Of a stretch of DNA of 64,000 bases, positions 38,050 to 51,646 are shown piece by piece. The stretch lies in contig OZ320317.1 of the NCBI GenBank assembly GCA_976226885.1, forward strand, positions 79,794,001 through 79,858,000. Reading direction: 5' to 3'. The notes under the pieces were generated by a model that saw only the letters and a list, made by a program, of their open reading frames with translations, was not told the origin of the DNA and did no database searches. The stretch comes from Iphione sp. A-MEVVRFRX5 (lineage: Eukaryota). A program made the translations under genes and the position numbers. Positions within the stretch are counted from its first letter, which is position 1. Each line of letters starts with the position of its first letter.

Positions 38050-39320
38050 TCAAACATTCACTCACTTGCAGTCCCAGTATCCATGTACCCTATCCAGCAT
38101 ACCCACAATATTTCAATCCAAGGATAAGCATTCAAGGCTAAACATGTTCAACAGATGAAGAGGAAACAAGCATTTAAAGAATGTCTGGTTCATCATATAG
38201 TATTCCAAGCAGACAGACCTGAAGGTTCTCCTTCTCTTGTTTACTGATGTGAGGTCTTGTGTTGCTTTCATCACTGAGGAGATCATGACTGAGCAGGAAA
38301 CCGACTTTAATAACAAACGGGGCCACTCTCTCTTGATTACAGCTAAGGATGACTGAACCTCTTCAAGTTCGGCTTATGGCAGAGCCTACGCCTGCCTCTT
38401 CCAGGTGCAAGAGAGAATCTGCGAGTGGAGCTTGCCAGCTGGAATCCAGGAGATGCAGACAATGTAGATAAGTATGGTGTAATTTACAGCTCCAACATCA
38501 ACGAGTCCCGGCACCGGCAGACTTAAAAGGAAGAAAGGCCTCCATTGAGAGGGTTACAATTACACACTTGCAATTGCACAGAGACAAACTAAAGCCATTT
38601 ATCAGGGACAGCGGTGCTATGAAAAGCACTTCACCCTAACAACTACACCATGTACTTGACCAACAATTCAGCATCACAGCCTAGGTACCCAGCTTCCTCA
38701 CCCCTATGCTAATTAAGCACTTTAACTCCAGTGATAAAGGCAAGGGAAGGAAGTGCCTTGCCCTTAATGATAATGCAACAAGAGGCAACAACACCACCCT
38801 CACCCTTAATTTCGTCTTAACGTTCTTTCCTCCACCACACATCAACTCAAGCATTTACATGCTTGAAGTATCACATTATTCAGTACATTCAGCTGTTGAT
38901 GTGGTACTACCTGGGTTATATTAAAGTTGGTTTTCAGCGGAAGGCAGGTCGCATGAAGTCCATCAGGATGATTACCGGCGCTTCGAGTGTAGTAATGGTC
39001 ACCATGTCCAACAACTTACACATAAAGGAATCATCAGCTACATGTATATATCCCCTGCTGAGATAGTCCAGGATGATGGAGAAAAACACACCCCGACAAA
39101 ATTACAGGTGCCTCCTTAGGAGACTATATTTTCCTGCTAAGGAGGACACTCAACTCACAACAGAGGAACATGCCCAGACTGACAGAGACCACCAGTTACC
39201 CTCAAGGGGAAGAGGCGCAGCATAGTGTGAGGGTGACATTCAGAAGTGCAGAGGGCGATTGTTGAAGTCAATTCTTTCACAAGTACTGGTGACATTCTTT
39301 ATAAAAGGTCATATTCTCCC
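38050..39320 (-). pseudogene. Heavily decayed Rex1/Babar-like LINE (APE to start of RT)
   Basis: In order: RVTGGLC, GYIHVADD..CKLL, APVIILMDFM (38981-38952, resembles APVIILGDFN), FNITQVV, ISSVMKA and RSVCLEY (resembles RMLFIDY). Many stops and indels. Confidence 0.45.
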
Positions 39321-39849
39321 TCTGGTGCGCAATTTGTGTTAGATTTGTTAGTACATACCTCATATGTTGATGCTAAATATCTCTAGTGACCTAGACATCA
39401 CAGAACATCATATAAATATTTACAGTCAGAACTCAATAACCGCACATACCACATTCAAAAAGATTCAATTTCCGAACACGTTTCGTTGATACAAATTGTA
39501 TTTTACTCTGGATATAGAACTCACAATACAACAATATGCGATTTCCAAATTTATCTTTTCAAAGGACAATATTTTGTTGCCAATATGTGAATATTATAAG
39601 ACTTGCAGTTATAAAACATTTTTAACATTTATTTCCCCTGATACTGATATACAGTATGTACATTTCTCGGGTACATTAAGATAATATAAATATCAGAGAG
39701 CAAAATATATACAGTGTAATGAATGTGATTTTTACAGGCGATACGCGTGTACTTTGGATAGGAACAATGCCAGAGCTAGTATTTCTTTTCTTAAGCAGAC
39801 CTGCAGCATCTACAATTTATTACAATGGTGAAATATGAGTGTATGTAGC

Positions 39850-40325
39850 CAGCATGTGTATGGTTATCAGTGAATTCAGTTGTGCTTCAGACATAGTCCA
39901 GAGATGCTTCTGTGACCACCTTCATTGACTGTTTATCAGAGTATTCATTACATAATGGAAATAAAGGAGTATGCCGCTTCTTACAAGTCGTCCAGACTGG
40001 GAAATGTTGTAGTGTTCATACTGAATAGTGTTAGTAGCACTAGTATTCATATAACATCATCTTCATTACATTATTATGACTTTCAAGACTGTGTCCAGGT
40101 GGGCAAGGATACACCGTTCTTCTTATCATAACAGATCACACCTTTCTGACACCCGGCCATTCAGACAGCGCCCAGAATGAGTCGGGCTATGGATATTCAT
40201 CATGTGGGTACATGATGACATTTTGCCACTACGGTCTATAGGTTGCCATATCTACTGGGTAGGTTTTTCTTTTCCATAAGAATTAACTCTTTTGGTAATG
40301 CGTTCCAGAGCTTTCATGACTACAC
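39850..40325 (-). pseudogene. Decayed Rex1-like RT fragment
   Basis: VMKALERI (40320-40300, resembles VMKCFERL), TYRP, and FTDN (39874-39863, resembles FADD). Confidence 0.45.
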
Positions 40326-40944
40326 ATCACTCTTATCTATAGTATCATATAGATGCACAGTAGCAACCCACCGTGCAAACATGTCGACTAGGAGGGCAAC
40401 CCAGTGGTAAGGGCAAATTTGAATAGTGTGGATCAAGAAGTCTGTATGGCCATATTGTCTCGTGTATGAGTGCAACTTGTGTACCAAAACACTTTATGGT
40501 CAACAGCTAACCAGTATTGAAGAATTGAAGAGAACATAGATCTCAAACCGTGCGAATGGGATACTGGCATTTTGAGGGCAGTATGAATTTATTCCAGTCT
40601 TGTTTACAATCCATGCGAGTTTCACGTCAAAAGGAAAGCATACAGTTTGAGATTCATAAACCTAAAAATTCTCCACACGATGGGTAGGTTTCCCTGTTCC
40701 TGTTAAAGGCTGATCTAAAAAAAGATTGAAGTAGTTAATATAGCATATGATGTGTTACAGTATTACTGTCTCAGTGGGAAATCCATGAAACTAATAAAAT
40801 AGTTCCCAACCTACATAATTTATTAATAAAACCATCTTCCTCCCATGCTTTCTGATCTGAAGAAAAAATGGTGATTTCTTGTATACGCCTTGCAATAAAT
40901 CAATACAGCCGTATTTTCACAGACACCTCTTTGTAAACCAAATA

Positions 40945-41631
40945 CAGTAGAGCCTCTCATAGGAGACCAAGCTTGGGACTAACCAATTTGTGTCTCTACT
41001 GAGAGGCAGTCTCCCCTGTGAAGCACTTGTCTTCTGTGCTCCCAAATAATAATAACTGTAAATCACATACAACAAAAGAGAAAATACTGATATGAACACT
41101 TATTCATTAAATAACATAAATCCTTTATACATTGCATTGGTGATCAAGTAAGTGGGGGAGCGAGGTTGCACCTCTCCTGGGTGTTGCTACCTATCAAAGG
41201 AGTCAAAAATTGCACCTCGACCCACTGTTGGGAGTGAGGTCACGGCTCTCCTGAGTGTTGGTACTCATCAAAAGAGTGATAATCGCACTTCCTCCTATCA
41301 TCAAGAGTGAGGTTGCACCTCTCTCAGGTGTTGGTACTCATCAAATGAGTGAGAATCATACCTCATTCCCATTGTTGGCACCAAGGTCACACCTCTCTCA
41401 GGTGTTGGTACCCATCAAAGGAGCTCTTGGTTGCCTCTGCAAGGCAAAACCTGGTCTTGGGTACTTAATTTCTTGGTCTCTCCCTAGAGGTGGTCTCCCT
41501 TGTGATGTGGGCTCCATTGAGAGGCCTTTATATATAGGAAATGCACAGAAAATTGTTCTGTTTTGACCAATTTTGGTCTCTTCCGAGGTTTGGTCTCCCC
41601 TGTGAAGCAGTCTTTAGAAGAGGCTCTACTG
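40945..41631. mobile_element. Tc1/pogo (Tigger-like) MITE (687 bp) with an internal ~74-bp tandem repeat
   Basis: Perfect 13-bp TIR CAGTAGAGCCTCT with TA flanks. Subterminal direct repeat GTCTCCCCTGTGAAGCA at both ends. Four diverged copies of a ...GGTGTTGGTACTCATCAAA... unit at ~41160-41425. Confidence 0.85.
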
Positions 41632-42222
41632 TAGTACCCTTTGATATCACTGGACCCAACCCTGTCACACACAGGCCTAGACAACTCCCTATGCCTAAAA
41701 TGACAAGGTGGTTACTGTGTTTGGATTAGCTAACATCTGCTTTACATGATGCTGGTGTCTTGTCACAAGAAATCTCTTCATATGTAGGCGTTTAGTCCGC
41801 AGTAGAGAACATACTTCTTTAAAAGCACGTTTTACATTTAATGTCTCAGGAATAAAAAATGTTAGATCTGCCTAAAAGAATGGAGTCTTCCGCTTTGCTT
41901 TCAATTCGTGACTTTGTGTATATTTGTGTATACATACGCAGGGGACAGGGGAAAAAGTACAACCAGACTGGGGGAAATTACAATTTCGGAGCTGGCGAGG
42001 TCACGTAACAGTATGTACCGGAATAGTTTCCTATGCAATGGCATTACTAAACGGAAGAGCTTGGAAAGAAGTCTGTAGAAATTACCGACATATAAATTTA
42101 AGAGGTTGTATAAGAATAAGCTGTCGAGGTAACCCGACCGTTATATGTTGTAAGACATGAATACCTTATTAGTTTCATCACATTCGCAATGATAGATGAT
42201 AGAATACTCAATAAAATGTGTA

Positions 42223-44070
42223 TCAATCAATCAATCAAGGAGAGTATTCTTATTTCCTCAGAGATGGCGATGATCTCAGTCTTCTACGTGCCGCCATTCT
42301 AATTTTCCAAAGCACCACCAAGTCCCAATCCTCAAGAAACTCTGAGAATCAGGACCTTCTTGCTGGGTATAACAATTTCCTTATTCTTCAAATTGTCAGC
42401 AGTGCATAGTGCCGTGCTTTAACACAGATTGCAAACGTAGAGTAGAGTCGATTGACTGAATTGCCTAGAACCGGGTATTTAATATCAATCTCGGTGAATA
42501 AAGTAAAAACCACTACCATGGTGAGCTCATTAGATGTGAATACAAATTAGTTGTTTTTTAAAAGTTTATGAGCTTATTGACACCACTCAATTTTACACTG
42601 AGATATTGCGGTGTGAAAGTTGCATATTAGAAAGTTGTTCGCAATATTTTGGAAGTACTGATCTTGTTCGTCTTCTTGAGCACATCTGGCAAGTCTTTCC
42701 ATCCTTGAATGCCTCTAACTAGGAAACCTCCTCGCATCAGAGATGACTTGGCCCTTATTTGTTGTATCTAGAGACGTCTCCCTCTTCTTGTTCTGCCCTT
42801 ACGCTCTGCTCTCAGGATACCACGCAGCTGCAACCTGTGGACTAAAGAGACACATCTAGCCATTGCTATATGATCAATTGATGATAGATCAAACCTCTCG
42901 CTCAGTCTGGTAGCTGGGATTTCTCTCTTCGAGTCTCTGGTTAATAAAACACGTTCTAGGGCCTTATTGTATTCAATTTCCAGACTCTGCAGGCCTTTTC
43001 TAGAAGCACCCGCTTTGAATGCAAGCCCATCTATAAAAAAACCGTTCAATACACCCCCTATATACCGCCAAACGTGCACAAAATGGCAAGTGAGTACTTA
43101 ATTGTCCCATCATCATACTCCTAGAGCGCACAACTGATCTTATATTTCAAAAAATGAAAGGCAACCAGGTCAGCTTAGGATCGCGCTTAAACCCCAGCAA
43201 TTTGGGATCACCTTCCATCTTAAAACTGACCCCTTTTAAGGTCAAGTCAAGATTTTAAAATCCTTGGCCTTACCAAACCCAGTAAACACAGTTTTTGATT
43301 CATTTATTTTCAGACCATTCATATCCGACCAGGCCGAAATATCTGTCAGCCCCCTCTGTAAACGCAATGTCATCAGGTTGCTGGCCGTTGCATATAGGGT
43401 TGAGTCGTCAGCATATATCACACACTGTACCAAATCTAAGCAGTCGGGGAAATCGTTAATCATCAACACAAACAATAGGGGGCCTAGGATGCTCCCTTGG
43501 GGAACACCTCTAATCACGACCTTCTCCTTCGACCTAACCAAATTACATGATGCAAATTGGTATCTATAGCTCAAATAGGACTGAATCAACTTGATGTGCC
43601 CCTTCCCCAGAAATTAAGACCTTTTTTCCAAGTGCTGTCATTTGGGAATAAATGTAGAATTATATCATCCATAATCTGACGTTGAGACTCAGTGTAATCC
43701 TATTAATTTGAGGTCTAATTCGTGTATGTCAGTTAGCTTGAGCGGATCAACAGTCAAATATACTTAACACTAAGGTCAGGCTTCCCAGCTGACTCAAGGA
43801 GCTCCTGAGTAATTGCCTGATTAATTGCTGCCAACCTGCCCGCATTGTAATCAGTTGGTCTGGCATAATCAAGTGAAAGGGGATGGTGGAGAGAATCAAA
43901 ACAGACGTGAGTTTGGGACACATCTAAAAGGCATTTTTACCTTTACAATGAAAACTTCATATTCAACGATGGTCGAATTAATTGATTCCATTCCATTTTT
44001 CAACCAAGTGGTCACTAGGGAACAAGGACAGTTGGTCAAATGAGTACTTTTGACTGTCAATCATCAAGCA
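42223..44070 (-). mobile_element. 5'-truncated CR1/L2-group LINE, RT pseudogene with (TTGA)4 tail
   Basis: LVTTWLKN..VF...PFRCVPNSRL, IQSYLSYRYQ, GVPQGSILGPLLF, YADD (ORF 43242-43589) and FLVRGIQGWKDLP. 3' hairpin GAGAT-CATCGCC-ATCTC. (TCAA)4 at 42223-42238. Confidence 0.85.
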
Positions 44071-44189
44071 TAGGCCAACAAGGTTGCTTGTAGCCTCTCT
44101 TGGTGGCCAATTTTACAACTTGTCGAGGTATCTTTTACATTGGAATAGCTGAGGGCGGATATTTTTTTATCAGATGATCAAAATCAACT

Positions 44190-44817
44190 TAACGTCGCAC
44201 TAATTCTGAATAAAGTGAAACACATACATTTATTAAACAAACTAGAGATGGTAAATATTTACAGAGCTTTTATTCGACCTCATCTGGATAATAGTACAAT
44301 ATTTCTGGTTCCCAATCAGAAGATCAAACTAGAAAGGCTCCAAAGGTTACAAAATAGGGTGTTAACACTAATTCATCACGCAGGCAGATTAAAAATGTGA
44401 TCCTACCACTGGCAGATCTCCACCGATTATCGTACAACATTGAAAGCACTGAGAGAAGAAGATATTTCTTCCAGATCTGTACTATCAATAGTATGATAGT
44501 TAACAACTTGCTTCCAATGAAGCCAGTATTGCCTACAAGAAACTCAGCGTGTCCAGTGGTGGTATTGTGTGAACAAAAAAACAATAAAGTGAAACAATCA
44601 TTATGTTATACTGGTATAAAAGCTTGGAATGATCTTGATGTACTACTATGAGGTCAAAATGAAGCTGGTGTATAAAAATTGCTGCAAAACTGAGAGCAAT
44701 GACAATGTTTAAGTACTGGATATCCAAAATGTATTAAAACAGGTAATTGTGAATATGTACTACAATATCTACTCAAGCAAGTTCTCAAGAAATAAAATCA
44801 TTATCTATCTATCTATC
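44190..44817 (+). mobile_element. LINE 3' fragment with (TATC)4 tail
   Basis: IYRAFIRPHLD, LERLQRLQNRVL and SLCYTGIKAWNDL. AATAAA at 44791-44796 and (TATC)4 at 44802-44817. Confidence 0.8.
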
Positions 44818-44879
44818 TTATTACTACCGAACACGGTGACTGATTCTATCATATTTGTTTAGTCATCAGTACGGACATC

Positions 44880-45100
44880 TTTCACGTACCTGTTCACATT
44901 CATCATATGCTCTTCACCCTGTGTTGGTATCGCGCCTAATAATGCTAGGTTACTTTTCCTCTATTTGAGCACTCATATTAATATCACAGTATCCTTCACC
45001 ATGATAACATCTTTTCTGAGCTCTCTTATGACTAATTAAAAAGCTTCAAACTCAGTTTTTATATCAGATACAAATTTCCTTACATTTTCATGTTCTATTT
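44880..45100 (-). pseudogene. Possible LINE ORF1 relic
   Basis: A coiled-coil-like stretch followed by RKSNLALLGAIPTQGEE (resembles the RRNNLIxxGIPE motif of L1-type ORF1). Contains stops. Confidence 0.3.
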
Positions 45101-45437
45101 GAAAATAGGTTTGTGGTATCCTTTGCAGATTTTACGGGGTTTTGTCTAGTATAATTGGATTTGGTAAAGATTGCAAAATAATTTAGGATGTTAGATGTAT
45201 TGTAACATAGGCTTTCATGTAAGCAAGTAGGGCACTATCTATAGATAAAGGGAGGAAATTTCTGAATAAACAGACATTCTCTCACTTCACCTGGAAAGAG
45301 GTGCACCAAGCATTTGGAGTGAACCAGATTTTCCTAAGTTTCAGTCAGTTATTTCACTCGACAGCCCTTTAGATCCGGTCAAACACCTTATCAGCTCAAT
45401 CACATGTTACACTATGGACACGTTTTCATATGTTACA

Positions 45438-45671
45438 TGTTGTTGCTGTGGCACATGGCTGTGCTAGGACTGTTCATGCTGGAGAGGGAGATGCTGGGTT
45501 TAGTGGTGCATGGTGCAGAGTGCAGGGTGCTCAGAGTGGTTTGTGATTGGCTATATAAAGGCGGCCACCTGTTTCACTCAATCACTCTGGGTTAGGTCTT
45601 GCAATAAACAACTCCTCATGTCTGTCATGCCTGTCCATGTGGATTACTATAAAGAGGTTAGAGGGGAAACA
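45438..45671 (+). mobile_element. Probable solo LTR (234 bp)
   Basis: TGTT...AACA termini, flanks TACA and TAGA (4-bp TSD with one mismatch), GATTGG at 45545-45550, TATATAAA at 45552-45559 and AATAAA at 45603-45608. Confidence 0.45.
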
Positions 45672-45929
45672 TAGACAGATGTATTTCAGTGTAACAGTGT
45701 CCATGCTTGGCCAGGACGTACATGAAAGACGGGTACTTTCTTATGCAAATCTCTACAAATAAACCATCAGACATACTAGCAGATACACTTTACCTATGCA
45801 TATGTACCCCTCTTTCTTGTATTTCTATGCCAACACAGATCTGTGCACCTTGGGAAATGGGGCATGTGTCAATCTTAAATATGGACAACACAGTCACATG
45901 CAGATTAATGGTACTGTTACAACGAAATA

Positions 45930-48156
45930 CAGTGGGACGTCCCAAATACGGATACCCTTGCTTCTGCCTCAAACTGTCCACATTTCAGATGCATCCATAT
46001 TGTAAATTGGTTAAAAGTAAATGAGATGTGTATATCGGGTAAATGGAGAACTGACAACTGTCATCATTTATCCATATTGAATAAATAGATAAATAATGCA
46101 TAATAATAACAACAAACAGTAATAGATACATACAAATGGAAATAATTGAAGGCAATTTAAACTCTATCTTTAAAAAACTGTCTACAGTTGACTGGACAAC
46201 CTTCCTTGAGAGAGTCCTGGAGGAATGGTACTGTTGGTATGGTGTTAGGAGATCAAGGCACTCCAAGTCTCCTTTAAGGAAAATATGTTTCCTCATCTTC
46301 ATGAGCATGTCCTGAATGTCAGTGGTCTCACACTTCTCCTTGATCTGTGCCTTATCCGTGCCTTGTCCTCATCCTCTAGCTCATCAGCATTCCATTCCTC
46401 CTCACTGGTACTGTCAGCTGCCAGTTCATCATCCAGGCTCTTATATTCCTCAGGTGACATCCCGATTTCCTCTGGAAGACCCTCCTGAACCTTGGAGCGG
46501 AGAGTGAGGAGTGACACATCATCGATTTCAGGAGGAATTGCCACACTCTCAGCATCATCAGGTACTGACCTAATGAAGCATGCCTCAACTGTGGACAGGT
46601 TCAAAGCCTTGACTGCAGCATGTAGCCAAGTCACTGCACACTTCATGTCCACAGTGCCAATGACTGCCCTAGGTTTCTGCTCATCCAGCTGGGACAAAAT
46701 GTACTGCAGCAGTGATTTCTTATAATGAAATTTCACTGCTTAGATTGTGCCTAAATCCAATGGCTGGAGCACAGAGGTTGCATTTGATGGGAGGAAGACC
46801 ACCTAGGCATTTAATAGCTGCAGTCCTCCTGGATGTGATGGGGCATTGTCCATCAGCAGATAGGCTTTTCTTCCTTGGGCTTTAATCTTCCTGTTGAAGT
46901 TGTGCAGCTATTCTTCAAAAATGACTGTAGTCATCCATGGATGTCTGTTACTTTTGCAGACAACTGGTGGTAATGACAGGTCCTTGACATTCCTCAAACA
47001 CCTAGAGTTTGCTGCCTTCCCAATAATGAATGTATTCTGGAATTCTCTAAGAGCATTCAAGCAAAACATACCTATGATATGATCTGTGGACTTCTTACTT
47101 GAGAAAACATCCAATCCTCTGACACTTAGTGTGTGGTCTGGTAGGGCCCTGTAAAATAAGCCAGCCTCATCGACATTAAAGATGTCTCTCAGTACATACC
47201 CCTCGAGGATGGTTGTGAGATGCTCCAGCCAAGTTTCCACTGCTGATTTGTTGACTGTGGCTCATTCCCCAACAACCTTGAAACGATCAATGCAATGTCA
47301 TTTTTTAAATTTGTGGAGCCAGCCTCTTGATCCCTTGAAGTCATCCATTCCCGGTTGCTTTGCTACTAATGGGACAAAGTATAGGTGCAGAGATGGGCAT
47401 ATCCAGCAGTCATATCCTCGAAAACCAGAAAAAGACCCTCTGATCCAGTGTGGACATGGTGGTTGACAGACAGCAATGTTTGGCATTAGGATCAGCACAG
47501 TGCTTGTAGTCATTCATAATCTCTGCTTTTCTTCTAAGAATATAGCCAGCCTGAGTTTTCCCCACTCCAAACTGCTCAGCAAGTTGACACAGACTACAAC
47601 TGGGACTACCCTTGATGATTTGCACTTTCTCACATAGGGTGAGATCCCTCCTCTTGGGGGTTGTCTAGGAGTTTACAGGCATGTTGATTGTTCAGCAGAC
47701 ATCTGGTGAATGAATTTCTCCTTGAAAACCCCCCTTATGTATGGACCAGGTTCCCCTCAAACCCTGCAGGCGTCAATTGGAATTAGCTAAGTGTCAGGAT
47801 ATCACATGGGGTGAGACCCTCTGTGCTCATTTGAGGGGCCAAGGTGACAATTTTGACCATTGTTTTTTGCAATATCAAAGTGAATAGTATCCCTTTGATT
47901 TGCCCAGGGTGTCAGGGAGGTGACAAATTTGTGCTGACTTTTGAAAAAATGTTTTTCGTAAGCCCCACCCCCCAGGACATCTTCCATTCACATGACAACA
48001 TGTTTTCCACAGGGGATGCTTCCCTAAAATGGGTGTCATGATCAGAGTGTCTTTATACATTGGTTATGTATGGGAACAGAGTCAGTTCTTTGCTGAATTG
48101 TCTGCATTTGGGATGCATCCACATTTTAGATGTGTCCACGAGGGGACATTGAACTG
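45930..48156 (-). mobile_element. Full-length decayed Tigger/pogo DNA transposon (~2.2 kb)
   Basis: TA|CAGTGGGACGTCCC... and ...GAGGGGACATTGAACTG|TA are degenerate TIRs. Subterminal GATGCATCCA repeats occur at both ends. Encloses a transposase pseudogene. Confidence 0.7.
46160..47682 (-). pseudogene. Tigger/pogo (CENP-B-like HTH + DDE_1) transposase pseudogene
   Basis: KRRDLTLCEKVQII..QLAEQFGVGKT (HTH), FKGSRGWL, IFNVDEAGLFYRALP, WMTTVIFEE, LLMDNAPSH, VLQPLDLG and C-terminal VQSTVDSFLK. Multiple stops and frameshifts. Confidence 0.92.
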
Positions 48157-48521
48157 TATTGCAGTAGTTTAGCACAGAGGCAAAAAAGGGTCAAACACAG
48201 CCATGATAAGATGATTAAATAGAAATTAGGACTTAACCCTATCAGGTCCACCAAAAATGATGTTGGATTTGGTAACTGTAGTTTGATGAATCATAATTAG
48301 CTGTAGGGATTAATACAAGAGATACTTTGTAATGGTATACACCAAGTGAAAGCCCTTGAATTGCATGTTATTTTGACAATAACTGTACATTGTACTTCAT
48401 TTATTTGGTTGCCATGGAAACAAGGCAGGGTTGAAAGTGAGATATAACTTAGAAATTTACATTTAATTTACATTTTTGGAAGAGAAACCTTAAAATATTG
48501 CTCCTAGAAGAAAATGTTCTA

Positions 48522-49310
48522 CAGGCCACTCCCCCCCCGCGGACGCGTCTCCAATGCGGACGCGTCTCAAATCCGGACGATTTGACGCAGAACGAACTGC
48601 TTTCCTATAGTTAACCATTATGAGCTGACGTCTCCAATGCGGACGCGAAATTTAGGGGAGCGCCTCCCTCCGGACGCTGATGTCGCGCGACAATTCTTAA
48701 GAAATACAGCTAAAATCACTTCAAACGGGGGCCGCCGGACCCCCAGAAGCCCGTGTTGTCGCTAAACGAGGTGTTGTCGCGCAAATTTGGGGCCCTAGAG
48801 AGGCTCCAGGGAGGCCTAAGAAGTCATTTTTCAAAGGTAGATATGAGTAACCCCTGTGGACGAGGTGTTGTCGCGCAAATTTGGGGCTCCAGGGAGGCCT
48901 AAGAAGTCATTTTTCAAAGGTAGATTGGACTTTAGATTGGACTTTAACTGGTCCAATTCAGTACTTTTAGGACTTTTACTGGTCAAATTCAGTACTTTTA
49001 GGACTTTAACTGGTCAAATTCAGGACTTTTAGGACTTTTACTGGTCAAATTCAGTACTTTTAGGACTTTAACTGGTCAAATTCAGGACTTTTAGGACTTT
49101 AACTGGTCAAATTCAGGACTTTTAGGACTTTTACTGGTCAAATTCAGTACTTTTTGGACCTCAACTGGTTAGAGAGAGAGGGAGAAAGGGAGTTCATTTT
49201 CTAGTTTGACCCCCAGTCTGTATGTACCCTGCGTCTCCAATGCGGACGCGTCTCAAATGCGGACGATTTGACGCAGAACGAAGGGTGTCCGGAATAGAGG
49301 GAGTCTACTG
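48522..49310. mobile_element. Tigger-like MITE (789 bp) nested in the piggyBac-type element
   Basis: TA flanks. Right end GGGAGTCTACTG, degenerate left end CAGGCCACTCCC. A ~50-bp direct repeat GCGTCTCCAATGCGGACGCGTCTCAAAT.CGGACGATTTGACGCAGAACGAA lies near both ends. CpG-rich, so probably young. Confidence 0.75.
48939..49170. repeat. 31-bp minisatellite, ~7.5 copies, inside the MITE
   Basis: Unit GGACTTT(A/T)ACTGGTCAAATTCAG(T/G)ACTTTTA. Confidence 0.9.
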
Positions 49311-50792
49311 TATACAGAAAGTGCTCAGGAGTTGATTGCCAGTGTTTTGATACCTAATTTTTCTATGCACATTATCTGGAACACATTTTGCCTTGACCTG
49401 CAAGTATTTTGTCCAAGAATAGTGCATCACCATGTGCATCAGGTTCACTGATGCAGATTAGATACATTATGGGATATGTAAAAAACTAGGTATAATCATA
49501 CCACAATATATATAAATAAAATAGATATAATCGTAATAAGTTCAAAAATACCAGTTCAGATGACACCTAACAAAAACCCACTATGTATTTCCTCATCATA
49601 TTTATGGCAGAAATTGAAAAAAGACAGTCTATATTACATAATTGCTATATATAATAATCAGAAGATATCATTATATACAATTTTATGTCCGATAAAAACC
49701 ATAATATGACATCAATTGCTATACTTTTAATACTGCTTCCACTAATGATTGATTATAAACCTCTGACAAGCTGTACAGATTAACTGTCTGATATTTCAAA
49801 GGAATATTTGATAATATAACAATAACCCATTAGTTATTTAAAGGTTTAAGACATATTTGTATTAATATATCTAGAAATATATGTGAACATGCTCATTGTT
49901 GAGGCTTTCATAGGTCAGGTGACTGCTTCTCCATGGGAGCCTAATGTCTGTTTCAAACATAAGTTATGTATTAAAGTGGAGTAATTTATGATATATTCAT
50001 TACTTTTCACCAAAAAGGAATCAGTCACTGTACATATAATGAAGATACCTGTGCCATTCAAAACACGTTCATATATGCAAAACTTTCTTATGGACGCACC
50101 TGATAGGGTTAACCTAGAATAACAGCTACGATATTGCAGGCATATTAAAAACGTGTACACTTGTAATCATGTTTATCAGACAGGTAACACCTTACTGCAC
50201 TTAATTTTCTCCCTATACAGGCTGAAATTGAAACATGAAAAGTGATCTCTCATTGGATACCTTGGTCAGCCATTATATGATTGGTTGAAAAGGGAGGTTA
50301 ATACACTATTACATTGGGCTATTTTCAGATATAGTACAGCAATGGCCTCCAGCCCCCCAAAAATGAATGTCTTCAGGCGCCAATAACATTGACTTCGGTC
50401 TTACAATGCAGCACAATATAAAGATATACCGGTACTCTTTATATAGATCTCATATATAACACATTGCCCAAGAGGGTAAACCGTCACATGTTGCGAATTT
50501 TGTATTATATTATGGCCAAAAATGTGTAAACGACGATACAAATGGAAGAAAGTTGTTCCTCTATTCTTAACTTATACTCAAATCATGTCTCACTATCTAG
50601 CGCCCTCAGCACTTGCACTGGGAGGTATTGAGAGACCGAGCGAGAGACAGACAGACAGAAACACAGAATTTGATTTGAAGAGAAAAAAAAGATCTTTTTT
50701 CTTGGTTCTGCTTAACTGCACACATACTACTAAGAAGGGTTGTTCTATTCATGATACCATCAGGAGGAATTCCCTTATTCCCATATCCCTAC

Positions 50793-50869
50793 ACCTAACT
50801 AGAAAAGTAGATGTAAACATTAATTGCCTTAACCTAACTAGAAAAGTAGGTGTAAACATTAATTGCCTT
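50793..50869. repeat. 39-bp period tandem duplication
   Basis: ACCTAACTAGAAAAGTAG(A/G)TGTAAACATTAATTGCCTT occurs at 50793 and 50832. Confidence 0.9.
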
Positions 50870-51646
50870 TTCTCAAACCTCATTTCCATAAGGTTTTCTT
50901 TTAATGGCCAGATCTACTTTGGGACAATGTTTTATATAGGTTGTATACCAATTAAAAATACGTGTTCTTTATGACTCGTTAGAACAGCTCTTAGTAAATG
51001 TGCATCTCTATACCTGAAAAAAACCCTAGAGAATAGCAAGCATTTTCAGGATTTCTTGACCCATGTGCTGTATTGCTATTTTAACAAGTTTTCAAGGAGC
51101 CATGTGCAGTTTTGGGGGCTGAGATGACCCAAGTTTCAGTTAAACCAGTAAAGAGAAATATTTCCCAACACACAAAAATTTACCAAATTTCAGTAAAAAA
51201 AATATTCACAGAACATGAGCGTCCAGAGAACATGCTGCCGAAAATACACGAACTGCTAGGAAGCATCACATCTTCATCTTTTGGCTGTCTCTTAAAGAGG
51301 ATGAACTAGTCTTATCATAGTTTAATTAGCCACTGAAAAAATCTACGGTCTTAAATTGTAGCAGCTAATTTCATCAGTTTTAGCACAGGAGGAACAGTAC
51401 AATGTAACTGATATGGAGCATTAACATTTCTTTAAGAATTACGGCTTGTGCTTTTTTGACCACTAAAATTCTTTTATTTTCCATTATTAATATATCAGTG
51501 GATAATATTTTTCAAAACTACAGTGAAAACCCTACTTGCGTCCACTACAATTTGCAACTAAATTCAATTTCAGACCCTTTTACTTGGGAATAGAAATATT
51601 GATTTCTCTATTGAACTATTATCGATTTGTGACCAAATTCATCAAT

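Larger units (their letters stand above)
48237..50108. mobile_element. Non-autonomous piggyBac-type element (1872 bp including a nested MITE)
   Basis: TTAA|CCCTATCAGGT ... ACCTGATAGGG|TTAA: perfect 11-bp TIR with TTAA on both sides. Confidence 0.75.

Noticed and set aside
38100-39100. piggyBac transposase relic on the plus strand
   Set aside because: Only scattered words with inconsistent spacing and no TTAA/TIR boundaries. The minus strand gives a better ordered LINE APE-RT reading.
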